Positions 47,642 to 56,432 of a stretch of DNA of 64,000 nt are shown here, piece by piece; the first letter of the stretch is position 1, and each line of letters starts with the position of its first letter. This stretch comes from Candidatus Saccharimonadales bacterium (GTDB lineage Bacteria; Patescibacteriota; Saccharimonadia; Saccharimonadales; UBA4665). Both the position numbers and the translations under genes were made by a program. The stretch spans positions 700,366 to 764,365 of the forward strand of contig JBAZNN010000001.1 in assembly GCA_041649215.1 (NCBI GenBank). The letters are read 5' to 3'. The notes below the pieces were generated by a model. The model searched no databases and was not told the origin of the DNA. It saw only the letters and a list, made by a program, of their open reading frames with translations.

Positions 47642-47750
47642 ATTGTAAATCGTTGTGTTTAGTGGTACGGTATGCCTAAATCTAGGAGATGTAAGTGTCG
47701 GCTCACAAGCGATCCATAAATCTATTCGCACTCGTCGGATCGTTATTGGC
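47628..47750 (+). repeat. Downstream flank, copy B
   Basis: See 46796-46918. Here it continues into the full-length gene. Confidence 0.88.
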
Positions 47751-48822
47751 GATCGCTTTTTTAGTGGCCTCATCTTTACGTCCAACCGTTCGTGCGAGCG
47801 GTAGTGGCTGGCTAAGTGGTGGCCCACAAATCGCCAAAATTGCAGACGCTACACAGGCAGACGAACAAGGAGGTCCAAACTGTACACTTATGACCATTCC
47901 AGTTGTCAGAGCCTCTTACCAGCAATTATTCACAAATAACGAACAGCATTGTATGGTAGAAACTGACGAAGGGCTTGTCGACGATCGAGTGTCGGTTATC
48001 CAATCATTCGGGGCTAAGGGATACGTTATAAATTCGGGTTTTGGAGGTGGACATGTACTTGTGCCGACGCCAAACTACCCAGGCGCAATGCTTTTTAGCG
48101 GTGATTCGAATTACCCGGGTTCAGACGTTGGCCTGTACGAGCTACTAACCAATCACCTGAAGTTTAATAACAACTTGCTAGCGCCAGCATATAATCTGAC
48201 GGCACCAGACTTGTATTTCAAGTATCCTAACGGTCACTTGATGGCGTTTAATGGTACTGGTAGTTTCTCTAGTAGCGGGACTTACTGGGTTGTTCAAGCG
48301 GTTTATTATGGATTTGTGCGCGTGAATCTGACGACATTGCAAATAACGGCATTTGCCGACAACACAATGCTTGATAGTGGGGGATATCCACAGGGCGCAA
48401 TAACTGCAGTGAGTCCTACGGGAAAGTACGCCGCCCTCGCCTACAATGCTCCTGGTGACTGGGGAAGCAAATACTTTAAGATCGTAGATGTCGACTCTTG
48501 TGGCAATGCCGAGGGTGCTTATGTAAAGAGCACCTCAACATGCAAAACGATAGATTACTTTGCAAACCTAAAACAGGCAATCCCGGGTATTGTTGAAATA
48601 GGCGGTGTGCAGTTTGCAAACGATAACTCGCTCAATTTTGTGGCAGCTATACAGAGCGGATCAACGTATAAATATGCCCGTTACTCAGTTACTGCAGCCG
48701 GACAACCGCAGCGCCTAGAGCAGTACCTAGCGCTAGGCGATTCCTTCGCCTCTGGTGAAGGTACGTTTAACTATACGTCCGGCACAGATGAATTAGAGAA
48801 CAAATGTCACCAGTCAATTTAA
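47695..48822 (+). CDS. SGNH/GDSL-hydrolase surface protein, N-terminal part (signal peptide, beta-rich domain, SGNH block I), ending at an in-frame TAA
   Basis: GTG start with SD AGGAGA. Signal peptide SINLFALVGSLLAIAFLVASS. Ends ...YLALGDSFASGEG...NKCHQSI*. Confidence 0.75.
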   Translation: MSAHKRSINLFALVGSLLAIAFLVASSLRPTVRASGSGWLSGGPQIAKIADATQADEQGGPNCTLMTIPVVRASYQQLFTNNEQHCMVETDEGLVDDRVSVIQSFGAKGYVINSGFGGGHVLVPTPNYPGAMLFSGDSNYPGSDVGLYELLTNHLKFNNNLLAPAYNLTAPDLYFKYPNGHLMAFNGTGSFSSSGTYWVVQAVYYGFVRVNLTTLQITAFADNTMLDSGGYPQGAITAVSPTGKYAALAYNAPGDWGSKYFKIVDVDSCGNAEGAYVKSTSTCKTIDYFANLKQAIPGIVEIGGVQFANDNSLNFVAAIQSGSTYKYARYSVTAAGQPQRLEQYLALGDSFASGEGTFNYTSGTDELENKCHQSI

Positions 48823-48837
48823 TCCTATCCATTTCTT

Positions 48838-50448
48838 ATGACTACACAAGCTGGTACAACCGAATCCGTAGCCTGCTCGGGCGCTGTGATAGATAACATT
48901 ATTGGCAATGACGCAAGCAATAATGATTTTCAGGTAAGGAACATTGATGTAACACAACAGACCATACAAATGGCAGCGTATGCCTTGCACATGCCGGGCG
49001 TTCTGCAGCAACAAGAGTTTGTTTCGAAGGACAACCCACAGGTAGTAACCGTCTCCATTGGTGGCAACGATTTCGGGTTCAAAGATATTATTCGAAAATG
49101 TGCAGCGCCGTTTAATAGCTTCTCGTCTGCGTCACAGAACTGCTATCAAACCTACGAGGATCGCAGGGAACTCGTCGATACAATTAACGGGCAATTCAAG
49201 AATCTCGTGGGCACCTACGGTAAGCTCAAACAAAATGATCCCACACGGCGGGTGTATGTTATCGGCTATCCGCAGATCGTGAAATCGGACGGAGATTGCG
49301 GAGACAATGTTCGGCTCAGCAAGCCAGATACAGAATTTGCAAGCACACTTGTAGACTACATGGATTCGGTAATAGCGCGAGCGGCTGCCAGTGCGGGAGT
49401 GGAGTATGTAGATACGCAACACGCTTTTGACGGGCATAGATTATGTGAAACGGGGGAAAAAGCCGTGAACGGTCTGACGGCCGGTAAAGACGCCAATCTT
49501 AGTGCTTTAAGTGCATGGCAAAGCGTGATTGGCAACGAGAGTTATCATCCCACTAAGGTTGGTCACGAACTGCTGGCTGACACCATTCTCGCGCAGACAC
49601 ATAATCTGACCGTTCCAATGCCAGGGGCGCAAAATGTTAACTCCCCAAGTTTTACGGACGCAGAGGCCAGCGCCATTTTGAATGTGCCAAAAACCAATCG
49701 TGTCATATACGAGGTTAAAAGTGCCGGGAATGATCTGCTCAGCGTCGTTGCGGGCTTAAATCCACTGACCCTTGGTCTGCAAGGACTTATTTTGCCAAGC
49801 AGCCAAGTTCAGGCAGTGCTACATTCCGACCCTATAAACGTCGGCACACTACAGGCAGACGACAGTGGAGTTCTAACCGGAAGTCTGCAAATCCCGACAG
49901 GAACAACGCCTGGTTTTCACACGCTTCACCTGTATGGCAAAGATATCTTTGGCAATCCGCTGGATGTGCAGGAATCGGTCTATCTTGAGGCTTCGGCGAC
50001 TGATTACGACGGTGATGGCATCCCCAACATCAGTGACTCTTGCCAGACCATACCAAATAGCGGGCATGATGTTGACCAAGATGGAATAGACGATGCTTGT
50101 GACCCCATAATCGGCGCCGCACCACCAGTAGTTCTGGGCAATGTTACTGGCACGACTGACCTAGCGCCAAACATGCCAGGCACCAATTTTGCGGCTGGTA
50201 ATAAAACGGCCAGCGTACTCCAAGCATCGTCTGGGCAACAAGGCGAGTCAAATTTCGTACAACAGGGTAGCCCGCAAGCTTTAGTAGAACCTAACGCATC
50301 AGTGCTAGGTGCTCGTGATATGAGTAAGAGCACGCCAACTTCAAACACATCGGCTAACAAATCGCTGGGCATTATCGCGGTAATTTCGGTTGTAGCCATT
50401 GGCGCACTACTGGTTCGCTGGAGATTAGCTAGTACTGTTAAGCACTAG
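48838..50448 (+). CDS. SGNH/GDSL-hydrolase surface protein, C-terminal part (blocks II-V, TSP3-like Ca-binding repeats, C-terminal TM anchor)
   Basis: Same frame as 47695-48822. ACSGA, VTVSIGGNDFGF, ESYHPT (DxxH-type block V). DYDGDGIPNISDSC...DVDQDGIDDACDP. C-terminal LGIIAVISVVAIGALLV. Confidence 0.75.
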   Translation: MTTQAGTTESVACSGAVIDNIIGNDASNNDFQVRNIDVTQQTIQMAAYALHMPGVLQQQEFVSKDNPQVVTVSIGGNDFGFKDIIRKCAAPFNSFSSASQNCYQTYEDRRELVDTINGQFKNLVGTYGKLKQNDPTRRVYVIGYPQIVKSDGDCGDNVRLSKPDTEFASTLVDYMDSVIARAAASAGVEYVDTQHAFDGHRLCETGEKAVNGLTAGKDANLSALSAWQSVIGNESYHPTKVGHELLADTILAQTHNLTVPMPGAQNVNSPSFTDAEASAILNVPKTNRVIYEVKSAGNDLLSVVAGLNPLTLGLQGLILPSSQVQAVLHSDPINVGTLQADDSGVLTGSLQIPTGTTPGFHTLHLYGKDIFGNPLDVQESVYLEASATDYDGDGIPNISDSCQTIPNSGHDVDQDGIDDACDPIIGAAPPVVLGNVTGTTDLAPNMPGTNFAAGNKTASVLQASSGQQGESNFVQQGSPQALVEPNASVLGARDMSKSTPTSNTSANKSLGIIAVISVVAIGALLVRWRLASTVKH

Positions 50449-50475
50449 CATAGCAAGCGGCGTATACTGAAAAGC

Positions 50476-51306
50476 ATGGAGATTAAGGATTATTTTCCAG
50501 ACGGCTCCGATATTGACGAAGAGGAATATAAAACGCTGCATCCGCAGGCAGGGTATCAGTCGATTCATGGCAAAAAGGGTGGCGGCAAAAAGTGGCTACT
50601 GATACTTTTGGCCGTGCTGCTTTTGGCTGGCCTGGGCTTCGGAGCCTATAAACTACTCAGCCACAAAACAACCAAGGCTTCTACCAAGGGCAATCAATCC
50701 CAAAACATACCGAAACCCAGCGAAGTAACCGGCAACGGCCTCACCACCTACACCGCACCGACCGACGGTCTTGGCCTGTCGTTTGATTATCCATCGAGCT
50801 GGGTGGTTACGCCTACTAGCGGTCAGCCCGGGACAACCATAACGGCCACTTCGCTGTTAGTGAGCCTGACCGATGCTACGGGATCCAAGGCAACCGGAAA
50901 AGTAGTCGTAACTGTTAGCGCCAGCGCGACAAACCCTACGGGCAAAGGCCCGGTAGCAGCTAAGGCCGCACAGGACTCCGTACAATACGCGTACACCGCG
51001 CCGACCCCCATACAGCACCAATATTACTACGTTAGCTTTTTGCATTTTCCAAACGCTGCGGCTACGGTTGGAGCGTTCGAAGAGGTAGCGATCACAGGCA
51101 TAAACCTCATGCCCAAAGATACGGCCATAACGAGCGATTTGCTGGGCAGCGTCAACCCGGTCATATCAGCCGTGTTTTACAAATGTTCAACCCAAGATTG
51201 CACTGGCACCGGCCAATCACTCCTAAGCATTAGTAACTCTACCTGGCAAAGCAACGCCACCATGCAAGCCGTCCAAAAACTGTTCGAATCGTTTAAGTTT
51301 AACTAG
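50476..51306 (+). CDS. Membrane-anchored hypothetical protein
   Basis: 276 aa with a cytoplasmic acidic N-terminus, one TM (WLLILLAVLLLAGLGFGAY), a Thr/Ser linker and a beta-rich ectodomain. Confidence 0.6.
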   Translation: MEIKDYFPDGSDIDEEEYKTLHPQAGYQSIHGKKGGGKKWLLILLAVLLLAGLGFGAYKLLSHKTTKASTKGNQSQNIPKPSEVTGNGLTTYTAPTDGLGLSFDYPSSWVVTPTSGQPGTTITATSLLVSLTDATGSKATGKVVVTVSASATNPTGKGPVAAKAAQDSVQYAYTAPTPIQHQYYYVSFLHFPNAAATVGAFEEVAITGINLMPKDTAITSDLLGSVNPVISAVFYKCSTQDCTGTGQSLLSISNSTWQSNATMQAVQKLFESFKFN

Positions 51307-51337
51307 TTATAACAAGCGGGACGATTTTTGCATGTAA

Positions 51338-51907
51338 TTAGCTTAGTTCCAAGACGCACTCAACTTCGTGCGAGGCAGAGCCCACAACCATGCCATTGTT
51401 GACCTGTTGGAATGAATTGAGATAGTCTGCCGTCTCGTCGCTGCTCATTAAATGTGGATGATTGTTGAACTGCCGTGTCGGCAAAACGTCTACCAGTTTT
51501 CCGTCTTTCAAAGGACTTAATGCGTATCTGACGTTTGTAATTAGCCCAGTTTGCCCAATTTTTCTAAAAACTGTTAATACTTTTGGGTTTTCTACCTCCA
51601 TGCGTGCAACTCGAAAGCCTCGCTTTTTTGCTTCTTCCAAAGCTCTGGTTATTAAAGCCGTTCCCACGCCCTTATTGCGCTCATTAAATACATTTACCCA
51701 AGAAATATAGAAGGTATCTGCTTCGATGTCCTCGGTACCATTGGCATCGGTTGCCACACGATAACCTTCGAGACATCTCGCGTACGGAGAAGGTTCACCA
51801 AAGTTTGCGCATACAAAAAAGCCTGCCCGTATTGTGGGCTCTTCGTCTAATTCATAACTTGCAAAGTCTTCAACTAAATAATCTTCCGGATTTCCCTCTG
51901 GATTCAT
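51338..51907 (-). CDS. GNAT-family N-acetyltransferase
   Basis: Motif A region ERNKGVGTALITRALEEAKKRGF. 189 aa. Confidence 0.78.
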   Translation of the reverse strand: MNPEGNPEDYLVEDFASYELDEEPTIRAGFFVCANFGEPSPYARCLEGYRVATDANGTEDIEADTFYISWVNVFNERNKGVGTALITRALEEAKKRGFRVARMEVENPKVLTVFRKIGQTGLITNVRYALSPLKDGKLVDVLPTRQFNNHPHLMSSDETADYLNSFQQVNNGMVVGSASHEVECVLELS

Positions 51908-51952
51908 AGGGTATTCTTATCACTAAATATTACCCATGTCTACTTGTCTGGT

Positions 51953-52594
51953 CTATAGTACGGGGGTGTTTTCGAGGGATTGCCAGACGTACCAACAGGC
52001 AATGGTTTCGTAGGGGTGCCAATGGTGTTTGGTGGCGATTTTGGCTACTTGCTGCGGCGCCGGCACATCTTTGAGTCCGTAAAGAGCTCGCACGCCGTTT
52101 CGAATACCCAAATCGCCAGTCGCCAGCACATCCGCTCGCCCCATGCAGAACATCAAAAACATGTGTACCGTCCATTCGCCAATGCCTTTAACAGCCGTCA
52201 GTTCTTGGATGATTTCTTCGTTACTGAGACTATCAAGATGGTCAAATTTGACGCTGCCGTCGATTACGTGTTGGGCGAGATCTTGGACGTAGCGAGCCTT
52301 AGCATAACTAAGCCCGGCAGCGCGAAACTCCTCAGGTGATTTAGCTAAAATGGCCTTGGGCTCCGGAAATTTACCACCGAATATATCAAGAAACCGTTTA
52401 AAGATGGTGCTGGCGGCTTTAACGCTCAGCTGTTGGCTAACAATGCTATCGACCAGCTCTTGATAGTAATTCCTATGTGGCTGAATAGTACACAGACCAA
52501 CCTCGGCGATTATCGGCGCCAGAAACGGGTCATGCGCGCTCAAATGCTTGGCGGCCATGCGGGCGGTGTCACTATTTATGGTTTTCGGGGGCAT
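51953..52594 (-). CDS. DNA-3-methyladenine glycosylase II family (HhH-GPD, AlkA-like)
   Basis: HhH LTAVKGIGEWTVHMFLMF, with the catalytic Asp in ADVLATGDLGIRNG. Confidence 0.83.
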   Translation of the reverse strand: MPPKTINSDTARMAAKHLSAHDPFLAPIIAEVGLCTIQPHRNYYQELVDSIVSQQLSVKAASTIFKRFLDIFGGKFPEPKAILAKSPEEFRAAGLSYAKARYVQDLAQHVIDGSVKFDHLDSLSNEEIIQELTAVKGIGEWTVHMFLMFCMGRADVLATGDLGIRNGVRALYGLKDVPAPQQVAKIATKHHWHPYETIACWYVWQSLENTPVL

Positions 52595-52660
52595 CTAGTT
52601 AGTATATTCTGATTGCTCCATATTTCTGATAGAATGTGCCCAAAGGATAAGCAGTATAAA

Positions 52661-54595
52661 ATGAACCCCACAGAACCTCCAAAGCTTCCAAGCCAACCTA
52701 CCGGCGCTCCCGACCTCGATGAAGCAGCCGAACAACACGTTAAGCAGTTGATGGACACCAAACCGTCGAACGTCGCGTCCGGTACAGCAGTCGAACCAGC
52801 CGCAGAACCATATTCTATGGCTCCACTCAACATATTTGAGGATAACCCAGATCAAGAGCCAACAGACAACACGGTAGGACTTACGCCGGATGAATCACCG
52901 AATACTACTGATGAAACGGCCGATCCGGAGATAGATAAGGCCGTAGATGATATCGCCAAAGCCGAAAGCGACGAAGTACTGAAGGCTCAAGACCAGGCGG
53001 CCGAACCAGCCGTGGTTATGAAGCCAAGTTTCTGGGAGCGTTTCAAAAATGGCGCAGCTGATTGGTGGGGTGATCCACGCAAGCGCTACGTGACACTTGC
53101 CGCTCTGGCATTTATCGTGGTCGCGACCATCAGCATCCCGACAAGTCGGTATTTTGTACTAAATGGCGTAGGTGTGCGTAGCCATTTGTCGATGAAAGTG
53201 CTCGATAGTACGACCAGCCTGCCGCTCAAAAACGTCAACGTATCTTTAGCTGGCCAAACCGCCAAGACGGACGTTGACGGTCGTGTGACGCTCAACCACC
53301 TTAAGCTTGGCAAACAGGTTTTGACCATACACAAACAAGCCTTTGCCGATTATACAAAGACCGTGACGGTAGGTCTGAGCGGGGTCAGCCTAAGCGACGT
53401 AGAACTGAAGGCGGTCGGCAGCCAATTCACATTCAATCTGGTAGATTTTGTGTCGGGCAAACCAGTCACCGGTGCCCAGGTTGCTAGCGGTGATGCTAGC
53501 GCGTTGTCGGACAAAAACGGCAAGGCAATCTTGACGGTTCAGCCCAGTGACAGTCAAAAGTTGACGGTTCACGCCAGTGGCGACGGCTATCGTACCGATT
53601 CCATCGATATAAACCCCACGCTTAGCACGCCGACGGCCGTGAGACTGGTCAGCTCAGCCAAAGAAGTCTTTGTGAGCAAACAAAGTGGTAAATACGATCT
53701 GTACACCATAGATATAGACGGTAAAAATCGTAAAGTCTTGCTGGCTGGTACGGGGCTGGAAACACAGAATATCGGCCTGACCGTCAGCCCGGACAATAAT
53801 CAGGTCGCACTAGTCTCGAGCCGTGATAATCAACGCAATAACGATGGCTATTTGCTCAGCACACTGACGCTCATCAACCTGGCTACCGAGGCTAGCGTAA
53901 CGCTCGATCATGCCGAACAAATCAACCTAGTCGGTTGGGTAAACGGCCGGTTGGTCTATCAATTGACCGTCGCCAGCGCCAGCGCCGCCAACCCAAATCG
54001 CCAGCGCATCTATTCGTATGATTTCGCGTCTAACAAACGTCAGCAGATAGCCTCCGCTAATTATTTCAACGGCCCATTGATTATAGGTAACTCTATCTAT
54101 TACGCTACGGCAGCGTCTGGCCCCGGCAGCACTCCAGGCTTCAACACGATTAAACCCGACGGAACTGGCAAACAGGTACTAGCAAATAAAGAAGTCTGGA
54201 GCATTTTGCGCACTGGCTACAACGCCCTAACGCTGCAAACATCCAGCGGCTGGGTAAGTTATACCGTCGGCGACAACTCTGTAAAAACAGCCACCGCGCC
54301 AGCTAATTTCACATCTCATGACTACGTGGACAACCGCGATGCCAGCCACAGTCTGTGGGTTGAAACCCGCGATGGTCGTGGCGTCTTGATCGACTACAAC
54401 CTTAGCACCAGCAAGGATACCGTACTTGTAACTCAAAGTGGCCTTTATATAGCTACTCGCTGGATTAGTAATGACACAGCCATTTACCGGGTTGTTGATA
54501 CGCATGAATCATCGGACTACGTAGTTAGCCTGAGCGGTGGCCAGCCAAAGAAGATCACCGACGTAACCAATACCGCGAACGCCGCGGGCTATTAG
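52661..54595 (+). CDS. Membrane-anchored surface protein (disordered N-terminus, TM, Ig/carboxypeptidase-regulatory-like repeats, TolB-like beta-propeller)
   Basis: The ORF is open from TTG 52613. Start chosen at MNPTEPP, downstream of the extended -10-like TGATAGAAT (52627-35). TM LAALAFIVVATISI. Propeller-like SPDNNQVALVSSRD. Confidence 0.62.
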   Translation: MNPTEPPKLPSQPTGAPDLDEAAEQHVKQLMDTKPSNVASGTAVEPAAEPYSMAPLNIFEDNPDQEPTDNTVGLTPDESPNTTDETADPEIDKAVDDIAKAESDEVLKAQDQAAEPAVVMKPSFWERFKNGAADWWGDPRKRYVTLAALAFIVVATISIPTSRYFVLNGVGVRSHLSMKVLDSTTSLPLKNVNVSLAGQTAKTDVDGRVTLNHLKLGKQVLTIHKQAFADYTKTVTVGLSGVSLSDVELKAVGSQFTFNLVDFVSGKPVTGAQVASGDASALSDKNGKAILTVQPSDSQKLTVHASGDGYRTDSIDINPTLSTPTAVRLVSSAKEVFVSKQSGKYDLYTIDIDGKNRKVLLAGTGLETQNIGLTVSPDNNQVALVSSRDNQRNNDGYLLSTLTLINLATEASVTLDHAEQINLVGWVNGRLVYQLTVASASAANPNRQRIYSYDFASNKRQQIASANYFNGPLIIGNSIYYATAASGPGSTPGFNTIKPDGTGKQVLANKEVWSILRTGYNALTLQTSSGWVSYTVGDNSVKTATAPANFTSHDYVDNRDASHSLWVETRDGRGVLIDYNLSTSKDTVLVTQSGLYIATRWISNDTAIYRVVDTHESSDYVVSLSGGQPKKITDVTNTANAAGY

Positions 54596-55428
54596 ACTAG
54601 TTCACAGATGGTCATGCGACCATCACTTAGCAAAAACCCGCGCCAGGCACGATTTGCCAAACGGTAGGGGCGGGTAATAATGACGTCATGCTTACGAACG
54701 ATTCGCTTGCTTTTTTCCAGGTCGGCCACGATTAGCTCGCGTTCGGCATTGGTGTCCGGGTCTATCATGTGCGTTAGTTGGGCATTGTGACGAATCGGCG
54801 CGAAGCCGACGTCTTTGCTGGCGGCACCAACCCAAAGTTGACGATCGGACTTTCTGTGGTGTGGCCGATAGAGGTGCTGCCAGAAATGTGTGTGATGGGT
54901 GAAGCTTTCGGGCGTTTCGGCATCGGTTGACCAAAAGCGGACGTGGTGTCGATAGCCGCGCGAGTTCTCGATCTCGAGCTCAAAACCAAGGTCCTGCTTT
55001 CGGCCAAACAAAAATAGGCTGCTCATGGGTGCGGCTGGGTAAGATTGACCAAGGAAAGTCAAAATCAAAGCTTGTGCCATGGTGCGCAAGGATTTGTGAT
55101 CAGCTAACTGCCAGCCCGCGGCCTCCATGGCCAGGATGACTTGTGGCCGCGTGCCTACCAGACCGATATTAACCGGGTCACTGGCAAAGCCATCGGGCGT
55201 TACCGAGTACAGGGGGATGTGGCTGGGGCGCCAAAAGAATCGGATGCCTCGGAACAGCGCCGGTATGGCCGCGTAAGCCATAATCACATACGTTGTGAAC
55301 AGGGCAAGTGCCAGCGGCAAACGGCGGTCAAAAATAGGAAATACGTGGTAAACGGCCATATACACAACCAGTAGACCGACGGCTAAAACCATCAGTCTTT
55401 TGATGACACGTACGAGCAGGGGAATCAT
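54592..55428 (-). CDS. LssY C-terminal-domain-like membrane protein
   Basis: Two N-terminal TM segments, then NIGLVGTRPQVILAMEAAGWQLAD...RHHVRFW...LWVGAASKDVGF. This resembles the LssY_C family as I recall it. Confidence 0.55.
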   Translation of the reverse strand: MIPLLVRVIKRLMVLAVGLLVVYMAVYHVFPIFDRRLPLALALFTTYVIMAYAAIPALFRGIRFFWRPSHIPLYSVTPDGFASDPVNIGLVGTRPQVILAMEAAGWQLADHKSLRTMAQALILTFLGQSYPAAPMSSLFLFGRKQDLGFELEIENSRGYRHHVRFWSTDAETPESFTHHTHFWQHLYRPHHRKSDRQLWVGAASKDVGFAPIRHNAQLTHMIDPDTNAERELIVADLEKSKRIVRKHDVIITRPYRLANRAWRGFLLSDGRMTICELV

Positions 55429-55498
55429 TTGTTTATCATTCTCTTACTAGTATCATAACAGGGAGTGGAGCTAACCAACCAGCGTGTTAAAATAAACG

Positions 55499-55780
55499 GT
55501 GATGGAACCAACAAAAACCCCAGTCGAACCTTCGCCAAAGCCCCCCGTACCGGTCATGGACGTTGTTGTGCCACCAAAACCGTCGGATCCACCGGTAATT
55601 GATGCCACGCCGGAAGTAGCTAACCAGCCCGCGCTGCCCGACAAAAAGCCGGAAAAGCCAAACCTGCCACCCAAATCGCCAAAACAATCTAGCACACCTA
55701 CGCTTGCTATCTTCTTAGCGGTTGTCGTCTTTCTAGCCCTGGCAGGCCTAAGTTACTACGCCTACTCGAAAACAAAATGA
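55499..55780 (+). CDS. Small Pro-rich protein with C-terminal TM anchor
   Basis: 93 aa, PxP-rich, C-terminal LAIFLAVVVFLALAGLSYYAY. ATGA overlap with tsaC. Confidence 0.5.
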   Translation: MMEPTKTPVEPSPKPPVPVMDVVVPPKPSDPPVIDATPEVANQPALPDKKPEKPNLPPKSPKQSSTPTLAIFLAVVVFLALAGLSYYAYSKTK

Positions 55781-56373
55781 CACATATAGCTGATTCGATA
55801 ACCGACACAGAGCTTGTGTCGCTGCTAAAAGGCGGTGGCGTCGGTGTGATACCGACTGACACCGTGTACGGCTTAGTTTGTAGCGCGGCTGACCCCGTGG
55901 CAGTGAAGCGTCTATACGCCTTGAAGCACCGCGAGCATAAACCAGGAACCGTTATCGCTGCCAAAGTTCAGCAATTTATCGATCTGGGCATCCGTCCTAG
56001 GTATGTCAAGGCGGTCGAAGATTTTTGGCCAAACCCACTTAGCGTCGTTATCCCGTGCGATGAAACACATGCCTACCTGCATCTTGGTAAACATTCGTTG
56101 GCTGTTCGGGTCCCAAGTGACAAAATGCTCAGGAGTCTATTATTGCAGACGGGACCACTCGTGACGACCAGCGCGAATCTGCCCGGTGAGCCTGTGGCGA
56201 CGAATATCGACGAAGCGCAAAAGTACTTTGGTAATCAGATCGATTTCTACGTAAACGGTGGCGATATCGCCAAGCCCGTGCCGTCAACTATCATCCGAAT
56301 TGTTGATGACGCCATAGAAATTATTCGTCCAGGGGCGGTCAAGATCGACGAAAATGGTCGGTTGTCGCAGTAA
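55777..56373 (+). CDS. tsaC: L-threonylcarbamoyladenylate synthase (TsaC/YrdC/Sua5 family)
   Basis: GGVGVIPTDTVYGLVC, KHREHKP, TTSANLPGEP. YrdC domain only (198 aa). Confidence 0.88.
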   Translation: MTHIADSITDTELVSLLKGGGVGVIPTDTVYGLVCSAADPVAVKRLYALKHREHKPGTVIAAKVQQFIDLGIRPRYVKAVEDFWPNPLSVVIPCDETHAYLHLGKHSLAVRVPSDKMLRSLLLQTGPLVTTSANLPGEPVATNIDEAQKYFGNQIDFYVNGGDIAKPVPSTIIRIVDDAIEIIRPGAVKIDENGRLSQ

Positions 56374-56432
56374 TTGATGTCCGAAAATCATTGTAAAAAC
56401 TATATAAATATTGTATAAATTAGGTATTCACT

